Part shown: positions 30,503 to 40,510 of the stretch, in pieces
Numbering within the stretch: position 1 is the first letter of the stretch
Layout of the letters: every line of letters starts with the position of its first letter
Origin: a bacterium
GTDB lineage: Bacteria > Patescibacteriota > Minisyncoccia > UBA6257 > JAGOQP01
Direction of reading: 5' to 3'
Assembly (NCBI GenBank): GCA_021780615.1
Contig: JAJXYJ010000022.1
Coordinates: 809-64,808 of the forward strand
Length of the DNA stretch: 64,000 bases
The notes under the pieces: generated by a model
Seen by the model: only the letters and a program-made list of their open reading frames with translations
The model's database searches: none
Told to the model about the DNA's origin: nothing
Translations under genes and position numbers: made by a program

Positions 30503-30676
30503 GTGGCGAAATTGGTAAACGCGTTCCGATTTTTTGGGGATGTGGTGAAACTGGTAGACACGCAGCGTTCAGAGCGCTGTGACCGTACCGGTCGTGGGAG
30601 TTCAAATCTCCCCATCCCCACCCGACACTTCGGAATGAGCAAGAAGCTCATGGGAGTTCAACTCTCCCTCTAGGCA
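30497..30676 (+). tRNA. Split/interrupted Leu-type (class II) tRNA. The 5' half is at 30497-30528 and the 3' half at 30631-30676, separated by a 102-nt insert that contains a complete tRNA-Leu(CAG).
   Basis: Acceptor GCCTAGG pairs with TCTAGGC followed by A. D-arm GTGGCGAAATTGGTAAACGC. Anticodon-stem halves TTCCG and CGGAA. Long variable arm GAGC-AAGAA-GCTC. T-arm GGGAG-TTCAACT-CTCCC. No intact anticodon loop remains. Confidence 0.4.
30536..30620 (+). tRNA. tRNA-Leu (anticodon CAG)
   Basis: GGGGATG acceptor pairs with CATCCCC+A. D-arm GTGAAACTGGTAGACAC. Anticodon stem CAGCG/CGCTG with loop TTCAGAG. Long variable arm GACCG-TAC-CGGTC. T-arm GGGAG-TTCAAAT-CTCCC. CCA is not encoded. Confidence 0.8.
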
Positions 30677-30815
30677 CATATGTCGTAATACAGATCTCCA
30701 CACTATATGCGCGAGACTGGACCTTACACATCAGCGGCAACGCTATGCGCCGCGCATTCATAAGTAATCACATTATAAAATAAACAGTGTACATAGCGTA
30801 CACGTACAACACAGT

Positions 30816-32612
30816 ATGCAACAAACATCATCGCGCCCTCCGCAGCGCAGGTCACGGTCTCCACGACCAGTTGACACATCACGCGGAACAGAACGGCACC
30901 TGCGGCCAGTGCGCTCTCCACAAGGAGAGGCGTTCACCGAAACCGGCCCCGTACTTAAATTCACTCCGTTAGGAGGATTAGAAGAAATCGGCAGAAATAT
31001 GTCGGTCTTTGAGTATGGAGATGAAATCGTGCTTATCGACATGGGACTCCAATTCCCCGAAGAAGAAACTCCGGGCATTGACTACATTATTCCCAACGTC
31101 GCCAGCCTCGTGCCCAAGAAAAAGAATATCAAGGGAGTTATTATCACCCACGGACACTACGACCACATCGGGGCTATTCCCTACCTTATTTCGCAGTTAG
31201 GCAACGATATCCCCATTTACACAGCAGCGTTTACCAAAGCCATTATTGCCAAGCGCCAAGAAGAATTTGCCACTAACCATGGAAAGCTCAATATTATTAC
31301 CGTGAAGCCAGGTGAGCACATACAAGTATCAAAAAGTTTCCGCGCGGAATTCTTTGATGCCGACCACACTATTCCCGATTCTCTATCCATTATTCTCAAG
31401 ACTCCGGTAGGTAACATGGTATATTGTTCCGATTTAAAAGTGACTCGAGATACCCATGGAGAACCGCATTTTACGGATATCTACAAAAATGTCGGCAAAG
31501 AAGGAATTCACACCTTGTTTTTGGAAAGTACGAACGCCTGGAAACCAGGGAAATCAGTATCGGAAGAAACAGTTATCAATAACCTTGATGAATTCTTCGT
31601 CAACGCAAAAGGACGTATTATCATCGGTTTATTTGCCTCACTCATTACGCGCGTTGTTGATATCTTTCGTATTGCCGAAAAACACAATCGTAAAATATTT
31701 TTGAGCGGATTTTCCCTCAAAAATAATGTGCAAATCGCACAAAACCTCGGCTACCTTAAAGCAAAGAAAGGAGCCATTGTCCCCGTAGAGCAAATCAGCA
31801 AGTACCGCGACGAAGAAATTTTAGTATTGAGCACCGGAGCGCAAGGGGAATCTCGCGCCAGCCTGAATAAAATCGTTACCGGAGAGCATAAAAATATCAG
31901 CATCAAAAAAGGTGATACCATCATCTTTTCATCATCGGTCATTCCCGGAAATGAGCGGCCCATTCAAACATTAAAAGATAACCTCACCCGCCAAGGAGGA
32001 CACGTATATCAAACACAACACATTGATATCCATGCCAGCGGACATGGACCGGCAGAAGATCTCAAACTTGTCACGCAACTCATTCATCCGAAATTCTTTG
32101 TGCCAATTCATGGTATGTATTTTATGCGCGCCGCAAACGCAGACCTCGCTCAAGAAACCGGCATTCCTGAAAAAAATTGCATTCTTGCCGACAACGGACA
32201 GGTAATTAATATCTATCCCGATAAAACGGTACTCTCCAAAGAAACTATTCCTACCTCATACGTGATGGTGGATGGTCTCGGCGTGGGCGATGTAGAAGAA
32301 GTTGTTATTCGTGACCGCGTCGCGCTTTCTCAAGAAGGTATGTTTGTAGTCATTATTACCTTGGATCGTCGCACCGGACAGTTCCTCAAGAATCCTGATA
32401 TTATCTCTCGCGGATTCATCTTCTTAAAAGATAATAGAGAATTTATTGAAGAGGCTCGCAAAAAAATAAAAAGTCTCATTAGCCGCATCCCTCACTTCCA
32501 ATCAGTGGAATCCGACTACATCAAAACACTCATGAAGGATCAGCTGGGACAATTCATCTATCGCAAAACAAAGCGACGTCCGATGATACTGCCAGTTATT
32601 ATAGAAGTGTAA
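30816..32612 (+). CDS. rnj: Ribonuclease J (metallo-beta-lactamase/beta-CASP)
   Basis: VIITHGHYDHIG (HxHxDH), beta-CASP region and C-terminal domain. Length is 598 aa with an Arg-rich N-terminal extension. Confidence 0.75.
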   Translation: MQQTSSRPPQRRSRSPRPVDTSRGTERHLRPVRSPQGEAFTETGPVLKFTPLGGLEEIGRNMSVFEYGDEIVLIDMGLQFPEEETPGIDYIIPNVASLVPKKKNIKGVIITHGHYDHIGAIPYLISQLGNDIPIYTAAFTKAIIAKRQEEFATNHGKLNIITVKPGEHIQVSKSFRAEFFDADHTIPDSLSIILKTPVGNMVYCSDLKVTRDTHGEPHFTDIYKNVGKEGIHTLFLESTNAWKPGKSVSEETVINNLDEFFVNAKGRIIIGLFASLITRVVDIFRIAEKHNRKIFLSGFSLKNNVQIAQNLGYLKAKKGAIVPVEQISKYRDEEILVLSTGAQGESRASLNKIVTGEHKNISIKKGDTIIFSSSVIPGNERPIQTLKDNLTRQGGHVYQTQHIDIHASGHGPAEDLKLVTQLIHPKFFVPIHGMYFMRAANADLAQETGIPEKNCILADNGQVINIYPDKTVLSKETIPTSYVMVDGLGVGDVEEVVIRDRVALSQEGMFVVIITLDRRTGQFLKNPDIISRGFIFLKDNREFIEEARKKIKSLISRIPHFQSVESDYIKTLMKDQLGQFIYRKTKRRPMILPVIIEV

Positions 32613-32749
32613 CCAAGACGCAGACAGATGCGGACACAACGCAGACGAACGCGGAAAATGAAAGTATACACGATTCCCGAAATCCAGAAGGATTTCGGGA
32701 ATCAGACAAGGCCACATAACACCAAAAAATTCTAAGCCCTTATATAAGG

Positions 32750-32778
32750 CAAGAGTCCCACTCGGGACTCTTTTTTAT
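32750..32778 (+). terminator. Rho-independent terminator after rnj
   Basis: agagtccc-actc-gggactct followed by tttttt. Confidence 0.6.
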
Positions 32779-32812
32779 TTTCTTTAACGAATCGCCTCAT
32801 TGAAAATTCTCG

Positions 32813-34162
32813 CTAAGTGAGGTCCACCTTCTCTCCCGGCTTAGGAACTTCTGCATCAACACCCAATGTTTCTTTAATTTTAGTTGCTAATATAGTACTT
32901 TCATCAGTTTCTCCCTGTACCACAAACACTTTTTTAACAGAATTTTTCATGGCGGCAACCCATTTTAAAAGCAACGGCTGATCGGCGTGAGCCGAATAAG
33001 CGCCAATTGTCTCCACTCGCGCACGCACCGGCACAACTTCTCCCATGATAGTAACCTCAGGGGCACCTTCTTGAATAAGTCGTCCCAAAGAATGCTCCGG
33101 CTGAAATCCAACAAAAAGAATGGTATTTTTTTCATCAGACAAATACCGCACCTCATGATGCAAAATACGTCCTCCCTGAGACATACCCGAACCCGCAATG
33201 ATGATTTTGGGCGGAAGAATGGTATTAATTTTTTTTGATTCATCAGTTGTCGGAGTAAAATGAAGTCCTTTAAAATTAAAAATATCATCGTGGGCCGCTT
33301 CTGCTAATGAAGCATCATCAAAGAATTCAGGATCATGGGCATACGCTTCATATATACTGGTAAGTTTGATGGCTAAAGGACTATCAACAAAAATAGGTAC
33401 CGTTGGTAACTGCCCCGCATTCACCAACTCATTAAGTTCAAATAATAATTCTTGGGTGCGTTCCATAGAAAACGCGGGGATCATCAGCGTCCCCCCACGA
33501 CGAACAACATCATCAATGATACGTTGAAGCGCGTATTTTCGTTCGGACACCACCTCATGCACCCGTCCTCCATACGCCGATTCAATGAGCGCGTAGTCCG
33601 TATCGGGAATATATTCCGTATCCTTAATGAGCGGAGCGGGCATATTTCCCAAGTCTCCTGAAAAAACAACACGCGTAGTTCCCGTTGTTACTCGCACCGA
33701 TGCGGATCCCAAAATGTGTCCAGCATCAAAAAGCTCAATCAAAAAAGGCCCTCGTTGCAACAGTTCGTGATAATGCAATGTCTTCCACAACGTCAACGCT
33801 GTATCAATATCTTTTATTTCATAGGGTGGCTTTTGACCCTCTTTTAATTCATGCGTCATGAGAGTATATGCATCAACAAGCAAGTCATAGGCAACATCAC
33901 GAGTCGGTGCCGTTGAATAAATAACCCCTCGAAAACCTGCGGCGATAATAAAAGGAATACGCCCGATATGATCGATGTGCGCATGAGTAATAATAATGGC
34001 ATCAATAGTGGTAGGATCAAAGGCAAAAACATCAGCACGATCTTTTGACGTATCACTTCCCTGCTGAAGTCCACAGTCAATCAACATACGAACACCATCT
34101 TGCTCGCATAAATATTGAGAACCCGTAACACTCTGAGCACCTCCTTCAAATGTAAGCTTCAT
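32813..34162 (-). CDS. MBL-fold beta-CASP family RNA-metabolising hydrolase (CPSF/RNase J-like)
   Basis: IIITHAHIDHIGRIP (HxHxDH), beta-CASP motifs. Length is 449 aa. Confidence 0.6.
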   Translation of the reverse strand: MKLTFEGGAQSVTGSQYLCEQDGVRMLIDCGLQQGSDTSKDRADVFAFDPTTIDAIIITHAHIDHIGRIPFIIAAGFRGVIYSTAPTRDVAYDLLVDAYTLMTHELKEGQKPPYEIKDIDTALTLWKTLHYHELLQRGPFLIELFDAGHILGSASVRVTTGTTRVVFSGDLGNMPAPLIKDTEYIPDTDYALIESAYGGRVHEVVSERKYALQRIIDDVVRRGGTLMIPAFSMERTQELLFELNELVNAGQLPTVPIFVDSPLAIKLTSIYEAYAHDPEFFDDASLAEAAHDDIFNFKGLHFTPTTDESKKINTILPPKIIIAGSGMSQGGRILHHEVRYLSDEKNTILFVGFQPEHSLGRLIQEGAPEVTIMGEVVPVRARVETIGAYSAHADQPLLLKWVAAMKNSVKKVFVVQGETDESTILATKIKETLGVDAEVPKPGEKVDLT

Positions 34163-34192
34163 ATAGTAAGATAATAATGAATAGTAAATAAT

Positions 34193-35407
34193 TTAGTTAT
34201 GAATCGGCGGAGCACAACTTGCAAGAGCACGACGCACTTCATCAGCCTCAGACCAAGGAAATTTCTTCCCATGAGCACCGTGGATCCATCGTTCAGATCC
34301 TTTTCCACTCAACACCACCACATCACCCGGATTGGCAAGTTGCAACGCAGCAGCAATTGCCTCTCGACGATCAATAATGATGCGAACCTGATCGGAAGGA
34401 TATACAGAAGGAACACCTTCATGCACCGCATCAAGAATGGCTTCCGGATCTTCATCGTATGGATCTTCATTGGTAAGAAAAATAAAATCTCCATACTGTG
34501 CGGCAATAGCACCAAACTTTTGACGCTTCCAGGCATCACGTCCTCCTCCCGCAGAACCTAAAAGACATATGAGTTTTTTTCCTGACGCTACATAGCGCTT
34601 TTTTAAAAATTGATAAAGTGCCTCAAGTGATTCGGGGGTGTGCGCATAATCCACCACCACTGAAAATGGCGTACGCACAATAAACTCCATACGTCCCGAA
34701 ACACCTGGAAACGAGCGGAGTGCATCCGCAATAACTGGTGTTTCAATCTTTTCATGCACCGCAATTGCCTGCGCACAAGCGGCATGAATTTTTCCAAAAG
34801 GACTCTGGAGAGTTTCAGCAAGAGCATCGTCCGACATCACGTTAGGAGAAAAAAGCTCCACCGGCAATGGCGATGCCGCCGCAACAAAATGATTTTTGTA
34901 CGCATCCTGTGCATACACAAATGCCGCCGCTCCCTTTCGGGCATGCGTCGCCGCATATGAAAAAAATGATGCCTTAGCGGCAAGATAGTTTTCAAACGAC
35001 CCATGTGACTCAATGTGTTCGGGATGAATACCCACAAAGGCAACTCCTTTCCAAAAAATATGACGATGACGATGCTGCACCACCCCCTGCGACGTTACTT
35101 CAAGGAATGCATATGAACATCCTGCCTGTACCGCCTGGTGCAAAAAACGCTGTATGAAAAATCTTCCCGGCATCGAATTCCCCGTCATATTTTTATGAAC
35201 GCTATCACCAATACGTACTGACGCAGAAGAAAGAGAGGCAACAGAAAATCCAGCCGCACGAAACACATGGTCCAACAATGCAATAGTTGTCGTTTTCCCC
35301 TTCGTTCCCGTCACACCGATGACATATATATGCTTCGAAGGAAACCGGTAGACAACCGCTCCCGCCCAACTGAGAAGATAATGGTAGATAGAATAGAAAA
35401 ATCGCAT
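34193..35407 (-). CDS. Mur ligase family protein, MurE-like (short form)
   Basis: YVIGVTGTKGKTTT P-loop and DYAHTPESLEAL (MurE DYAHTPDAL-like). At 404 aa it is shorter than canonical MurE. Confidence 0.55.
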   Translation of the reverse strand: MRFFYSIYHYLLSWAGAVVYRFPSKHIYVIGVTGTKGKTTTIALLDHVFRAAGFSVASLSSASVRIGDSVHKNMTGNSMPGRFFIQRFLHQAVQAGCSYAFLEVTSQGVVQHRHRHIFWKGVAFVGIHPEHIESHGSFENYLAAKASFFSYAATHARKGAAAFVYAQDAYKNHFVAAASPLPVELFSPNVMSDDALAETLQSPFGKIHAACAQAIAVHEKIETPVIADALRSFPGVSGRMEFIVRTPFSVVVDYAHTPESLEALYQFLKKRYVASGKKLICLLGSAGGGRDAWKRQKFGAIAAQYGDFIFLTNEDPYDEDPEAILDAVHEGVPSVYPSDQVRIIIDRREAIAAALQLANPGDVVVLSGKGSERWIHGAHGKKFPWSEADEVRRALASCAPPIHN

Positions 35408-35507
35408 AAAAATAAATTTACAATGACTAATTTCTAATGACTAATAAGGAGATATACATGACAATTCACATTTGAACATTGGTAATTAGATATTAGACAT
35501 TTTCAAG

Positions 35508-36086
35508 TTATCTTCCCCCCGCTTTTCTCCGTGCCCCCAGGTATTTAAGAGCGGCTTTTGTTCGCGCCTCAATGCCTGACAATGAACCATCTATGTGTTC
35601 CAAAGCATCGAGAATATCTTTACGACCATATCCCAAGGAATCAAGTGCTTCGGTAATATCATTGTCATCACGACGTCCTTCTCCTTGATCAAGGCTCCCC
35701 ACCTTCTCACGAAGTTCCAAAATTATTTTTGAGGCGGTTTTAACACTTACTGAACACGATCGAGCAAGCGCATCCTTATCACCCGACGCAATATACAAAC
35801 GAAGGGATGCTAAAGGAAGAGCTCCCATAATTTTAAGGGCAATACGCGGACCAATTCCCGAAATGCTATTGAGGAGCGTAAACATATCTAATTCAGATAC
35901 AGTGGCAAACCCATAGATATCAAACGCGTCTGGTTGCATAAAACATACCACTGATTGTGTTGCTCCAATATGTACCGCACCCCGCAATGCCGGCAAGGTA
36001 CGCACCTTAAACCCAATACCCATGGTTTCAATAACAATAAAATCATCACCGCTATGTGTCACCGTTCCCCTCAAGCTATATAACAT
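35508..36086 (-). CDS. ruvA: Holliday junction DNA helicase subunit RuvA
   Basis: MLYSLRGTV...IVIETMGIGFKV...FGF...ELDMFTLLNSISGIGPRIALKI has the RuvA OB-fold and HhH motifs. Confidence 0.8.
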   Translation of the reverse strand: MLYSLRGTVTHSGDDFIVIETMGIGFKVRTLPALRGAVHIGATQSVVCFMQPDAFDIYGFATVSELDMFTLLNSISGIGPRIALKIMGALPLASLRLYIASGDKDALARSCSVSVKTASKIILELREKVGSLDQGEGRRDDNDITEALDSLGYGRKDILDALEHIDGSLSGIEARTKAALKYLGARRKAGGR

Positions 36087-36151
36087 ATCAGGCTAGTATA
36101 GCTTAAAATACATTGACTTTAAAGGCTGTTTTTGGTAGTGTGGAGAAACAT

Positions 36152-36430
36152 ATGCCAATTACTAAATCAGCCCACAAAGCATTGCGTCAGAGCACCCGCC
36201 GACGAGTACAAAACACACAGCGAAAAATTGTGGTTAAAAAAGCCGTCAAAGACCTTAGAAAGCTTGTCGCGGAAAAGAAAGAAAAAGAAGCACGTGAGGC
36301 GCTTGTTCGCGTGTACGCCATCGCCGACAAAATCGCAAAAACAAAGTTCATCAAAAAGAACAAAGCGAATCGCATTAAATCTCGAGCGGCAAAACTTCTC
36401 AAGAAAGAATTTGAAAAGAAAGCGGCATAA
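36152..36430 (+). CDS. rpsT: 30S ribosomal protein S20
   Basis: MPITKSAHKALRQSTRRRVQNTQRKIVVKKAVKDLRK... is basic and about 92 aa. Start trimmed from the track ORF. Confidence 0.8.
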   Translation: MPITKSAHKALRQSTRRRVQNTQRKIVVKKAVKDLRKLVAEKKEKEAREALVRVYAIADKIAKTKFIKKNKANRIKSRAAKLLKKEFEKKAA

Positions 36431-36461
36431 AGCCGTTACCGCATCAAAAGCCCTACCAACT

Positions 36462-36490
36462 AAAAGCCCATATACCTATGGGCTTTTTAT
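36462..36490 (+). terminator. Rho-independent terminator after rpsT
   Basis: aagccca-tataccta-tgggctt followed by tttta. Confidence 0.6.
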
Positions 36491-36523
36491 GTACACAAAA
36501 AACTCTCTCACAAGTAACTCTTC

Positions 36524-37330
36524 TTAGACCAGGAGGGTGTGCAATAGAGCGCTATCAAGATCAAGTTTTCCTGACTTAACGGCTTCATCAACGGATGCCA
36601 ATGCCACAATAGTTTCCGCATCCCCCGTCGCTTTTGCAAGATAATAAAAAAGTCCGTATCGATCGGCTGTATACGCACACGCCCGTTCCCACGCAGTGAG
36701 ACGAGTTGCGATATTTCCTCGCCCTCCCAATATCTGCGCATCAGTAAAAAAAGAATACGGAAGCGTATCATCACCATGAATGTTCAGAAATGCCGCATCA
36801 ATAGTATCGGTTATCAACGACCATTTAGCTACATCCAACATACTGGCCTGCAAATCATTGCCATGTACTGACACTAATAATCGCGCCGCATCGGTAGTGA
36901 CTCGCACTCCCTGCGCGTGCGCCTCCTGTATGAGAAATGCAGCACACGCACTCTCAGAAAGAGACGGAAAAAATTGACTCTTGTAGGGTGTTGACTCAAG
37001 CACCGCAAGAATTTTTTTAGGAAGATCCTTACGTGACCACGATTCAGATAGGATACAAACCACATCAGAGGCGGCCGCCGCAAGGCAAAGACGAGGCATC
37101 AGCGGATGCGCAAGAGCATCACTGAGTCCCGAAAGGCGCACTAATTTTTTTTCTTCTGCAAATAATGACACGGGCGCAAGCGCATCAAACGCCTCTTCAA
37201 CGGCACCATCTTCATCAAGAAAAATACGCCGTTCCAACAACGATGGTGCGCGCATCCGAACTGTAGCGGCAAGCTCACGAGCTTTTTTGTCACGCGTATA
37301 TGTATCGGGGCCGTACAAAAGATATATCAT
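36524..37330 (-). CDS. holA: DNA polymerase III delta subunit-like
   Basis: The N-terminal MIYLLYGPDTYTRDKKARELAA is HolA-like. Length is 268 aa. Confidence 0.5.
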   Translation of the reverse strand: MIYLLYGPDTYTRDKKARELAATVRMRAPSLLERRIFLDEDGAVEEAFDALAPVSLFAEEKKLVRLSGLSDALAHPLMPRLCLAAAASDVVCILSESWSRKDLPKKILAVLESTPYKSQFFPSLSESACAAFLIQEAHAQGVRVTTDAARLLVSVHGNDLQASMLDVAKWSLITDTIDAAFLNIHGDDTLPYSFFTDAQILGGRGNIATRLTAWERACAYTADRYGLFYYLAKATGDAETIVALASVDEAVKSGKLDLDSALLHTLLV

Positions 37331-39054
37331 GCGGATAGCTGTCGTCGAGCATGTGCGGCGGCAATAAATTTTTTAAAGAGTGGATGCGGATCAAGCGGCC
37401 AAGAACGAAGCTCGGGATGAAATTGTGTCCCCACAAAAAACGGGTGCACCGAGGGGGGAAGCTCAATAATTTCGGCAAGTTTTCCTGAGGGAGAAATGCC
37501 CGAAATAATCAATCCGGCGTCACGCAATGCCTGATGGTAATCGGGATTAATTTCATACCGATGGCGATGGCGTTCTGATATGACTAGATCCTGTGCATGA
37601 GAAGACATTGATGATTTTTTCCCACGAGCCGCTTGTGCAAAACGAGGCGCATGAACATACGCGTGATACGCAATCGTACCCTTTTGAATGCAGGCCGGAA
37701 ACGCCCCCAAACGCATCGTTCCTCCCAAACGATTGCGGGCAATAAGTTCTTTTTGATCAGGCATAACATCAACAACCGGATATGGCGTATGAGCGTCAAC
37801 TTCGACGGTATGTGCTCCCGCAAGACCAATGACGTGACGCGCGTATTCCACAACCGCCAATTGCATACCATAGCAAAGTCCCAAAAACGGAATTCCCTCA
37901 CGACGTGCGTAGGCAATCGCCTCTATTTTTCCCTCGATACCACGTGCCCCAAACCCTCCCGGAACCACAATACCATCATAGCCTCGCAGTCGTTCAAGAT
38001 TTTTAGAGACATCAGCGCGACTAGTTTCTGACGGATCAAAGGCGCCCGCATCTATCCAATCAAAAGCAACTGCGCTCCGCTGAGCAAATCCCGCATGACG
38101 CAATGCTTCAATAACCGAAAGATATGAGTCAGCGAGCATAAAAGCCCCTGACGAGAAGTACTTCCCCACAATACCAATACGCACCGTACTGGTAGTATGC
38201 GCCGTACGAGAAATAAATTGTTTCCAAGCATCCGATGTATCAGTACGGCGGCGAATATGGAGCTTGCGCAGAAGTAACGTGTCAAGATGCGCGCGCTTAA
38301 AATTGAGCGGAATGTCATAAATACTACCCACATCAGGAGCGGCAACAATGGACTCCTCGCTCATATTGCAATTAAATGCAATTTTTTGTTTTCGTTTCAG
38401 ATCAATGGGATGTGCCGACCGGGCTAAAATAAAATCAGGCTGCAATCCTGCTGAATTAAGCGTACGCACTGCGTATTGCGTCGGTTTTGTTTTTAATTCA
38501 TTGTCCTTATTTAATAACGGCAGGTAACTCACCAAAACCAAGGTCACATCATTTGGGTGTTGTTGTTGCAACATACGAACCGCTTCAAGAAAAACAATGT
38601 TCTGATACTCTCCAATGGTACCGCCAATTTCAATAACACCAATATCCGCATGTGTTCGATGGAGCGCTTTTTGTATTTTTTCAATAACTGCCAATGGCAC
38701 GTGTGGCACCACCTCCACACACTTCCCTTCGTATCCCAAATTTCGTTCTTTTTGAATGACTGACAAATAGACACTACCCGTCGTCATATAATTTCCTCCC
38801 GAAAGATCCTCTTCTAAAAACCGCTCGTAGTTTCCCATGTCCTGATCACACTCAGTACCATCATTAAGCACAAACACTTCTCCATGTTCAGTCGGATTCA
38901 TCGTACCCGCATCCACATTTACATACGGATCTATTTTAAAAGCGGTTACATGGTAACCGCTGTCCTTTAAAATACGCGCAATAGATGACGCAGCAACTCC
39001 CTTACCGACCCCCGACATAACACCGCCCGCAACAAAAATATATTTGCGAATCAT
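37327..39054 (-). CDS. pyrG: CTP synthase
   Basis: MIRKYIFVAGGVMSGVGKGVAASSIARILK...; C-terminal glutamine amidotransferase domain (GLCYGMQLAVVE). Length is 575 aa. Confidence 0.9.
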   Translation of the reverse strand: MIRKYIFVAGGVMSGVGKGVAASSIARILKDSGYHVTAFKIDPYVNVDAGTMNPTEHGEVFVLNDGTECDQDMGNYERFLEEDLSGGNYMTTGSVYLSVIQKERNLGYEGKCVEVVPHVPLAVIEKIQKALHRTHADIGVIEIGGTIGEYQNIVFLEAVRMLQQQHPNDVTLVLVSYLPLLNKDNELKTKPTQYAVRTLNSAGLQPDFILARSAHPIDLKRKQKIAFNCNMSEESIVAAPDVGSIYDIPLNFKRAHLDTLLLRKLHIRRRTDTSDAWKQFISRTAHTTSTVRIGIVGKYFSSGAFMLADSYLSVIEALRHAGFAQRSAVAFDWIDAGAFDPSETSRADVSKNLERLRGYDGIVVPGGFGARGIEGKIEAIAYARREGIPFLGLCYGMQLAVVEYARHVIGLAGAHTVEVDAHTPYPVVDVMPDQKELIARNRLGGTMRLGAFPACIQKGTIAYHAYVHAPRFAQAARGKKSSMSSHAQDLVISERHRHRYEINPDYHQALRDAGLIISGISPSGKLAEIIELPPSVHPFFVGTQFHPELRSWPLDPHPLFKKFIAAAHARRQLSA

Positions 39055-39087
39055 GAGTCTATTGTATCAAGAAATGACATCAAGGGG

Positions 39088-39130
39088 AAACTCAAAAAAA
39101 CCGCGCAATATCGAGGTTTTTTTGAGTTCA
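39088..39130 (-). terminator. Long perfect hairpin between pyrG and the histidine kinase gene (putative terminator)
   Basis: actcaaaaaaacc-gcgcaatatcga-ggtttttttgagt is a 13-bp perfect stem. Confidence 0.4.
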
Positions 39131-39132
39131 TA

Positions 39133-40461
39133 CTACAAGCCGACGAATTCATCCTGGGGAACTTTTGAGGCATCAGTTGGAAGAGTGACATAAAAGGTGG
39201 TACCTCGATTAAGCTCGGATTCCACACGCACTTCACCACCATGTCGTCTAATAATATTACGCACAATATATAATCCCAACCCCGTCCCATCAGCAACGGT
39301 CTTCACTGCATTATCTGCTCTGAAAAATTTTGTAAAAAGTTTATCAACTTGATGAGGAGGAATACCAATACCAGTATCCTTAATGGTGATTTCAACAAAT
39401 GGATCGGGGTCAAGGGCGCGAACCGCAATAGTAACGCTCCCGTGCTCAACATTGTATTTAATGGCATTATCCAAAAGATTGTAGAACACCATACTCATCT
39501 TTTGCGCATCAATATACACCGGCGGAAGCGGCGTGATGGGGCGATCAAAATAAAGAGTAATCGCATATTGTTTTGCCAATGTTTGAACCTGTATCAAAAG
39601 TTCATCAAGAAATGGCAGCAGGTCAGTCTGTTGTATATTATACCCAAATCTTCCCTCTTCTATTTTTGAAGCATCCAAAAGATTATTCACTGTCCCCAAC
39701 GCATTTTTTACTGCCGCAAATGCCGTGTCGACGAGATTCTTTTGATCAACTGTCAGTGATTCACTTTCAAGAGCTTCAAGTCCCCAGTTAATAGCCGTCA
39801 ATGGCGTACGCAACTGGTGCGCCGCCACTGCAATAAACTCAGTTTTCGATTTCAGCAGTTCCTGTTCACGCGTGGTATCGGTAATAATTTTGATAAATCC
39901 GACGATTGTATTTTTTTCATCATAGATACGATCAGTAATCACTCGTAAATCTTTTTTAACATCATCAAAAGAAATATCCACCACCTGAGGATATACCCCC
40001 GGTTCAGAACGAGTAATCACCACAGGCGCCAAGGAAGAAAAGACAACTTGCACTAACATTCGCAAGTGTTCATCAGATGCTTGTGATGCATCCAACGTCA
40101 TTCCTAAAACTTGCTGTGCGGGAACCTCAAAAATAGCCTCTGCCGCCGCGTTAAAAAGAATCACATGAAAATTAGCATCATATGCAACAATACCCGCGGG
40201 AACATGGTGGAGCACCCCTTCTTGCTGACGCACAGTCAATTGCAAACGAGCCTCATCGTGCATGAGACGAAACACAAATACGGTAATTAACGCAAAAAAT
40301 ACAGCAACTCCCAGAGCGGCAACATAGGAAATCGGAGCAGGGAGAAAGAAAAGACTTCCTCCAAAAAGGACTACGCCTAAAAGAATACACGCGGAAAAAA
40401 GCACTGGATATTGCCAAAGTGCCTGCGGAGAGGAGTTTGTCGATGGCGCCGATGATGCCAT
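39133..40461 (-). CDS. Sensor histidine kinase (two TM helices, PAS-like domain, HisKA, HATPase)
   Basis: H-box AAHQLRTPLTAI. N-box LLDNAIKYN. G-boxes DTGIGIP and GTGLGLYIV. Confidence 0.75.
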   Translation of the reverse strand: MASSAPSTNSSPQALWQYPVLFSACILLGVVLFGGSLFFLPAPISYVAALGVAVFFALITVFVFRLMHDEARLQLTVRQQEGVLHHVPAGIVAYDANFHVILFNAAAEAIFEVPAQQVLGMTLDASQASDEHLRMLVQVVFSSLAPVVITRSEPGVYPQVVDISFDDVKKDLRVITDRIYDEKNTIVGFIKIITDTTREQELLKSKTEFIAVAAHQLRTPLTAINWGLEALESESLTVDQKNLVDTAFAAVKNALGTVNNLLDASKIEEGRFGYNIQQTDLLPFLDELLIQVQTLAKQYAITLYFDRPITPLPPVYIDAQKMSMVFYNLLDNAIKYNVEHGSVTIAVRALDPDPFVEITIKDTGIGIPPHQVDKLFTKFFRADNAVKTVADGTGLGLYIVRNIIRRHGGEVRVESELNRGTTFYVTLPTDASKVPQDEFVGL

Positions 40462-40510
40462 ATAAAAGCAGTATACGCAAAAAGAGCCTTAAACTCAACT
40501 ATAAAAATTC

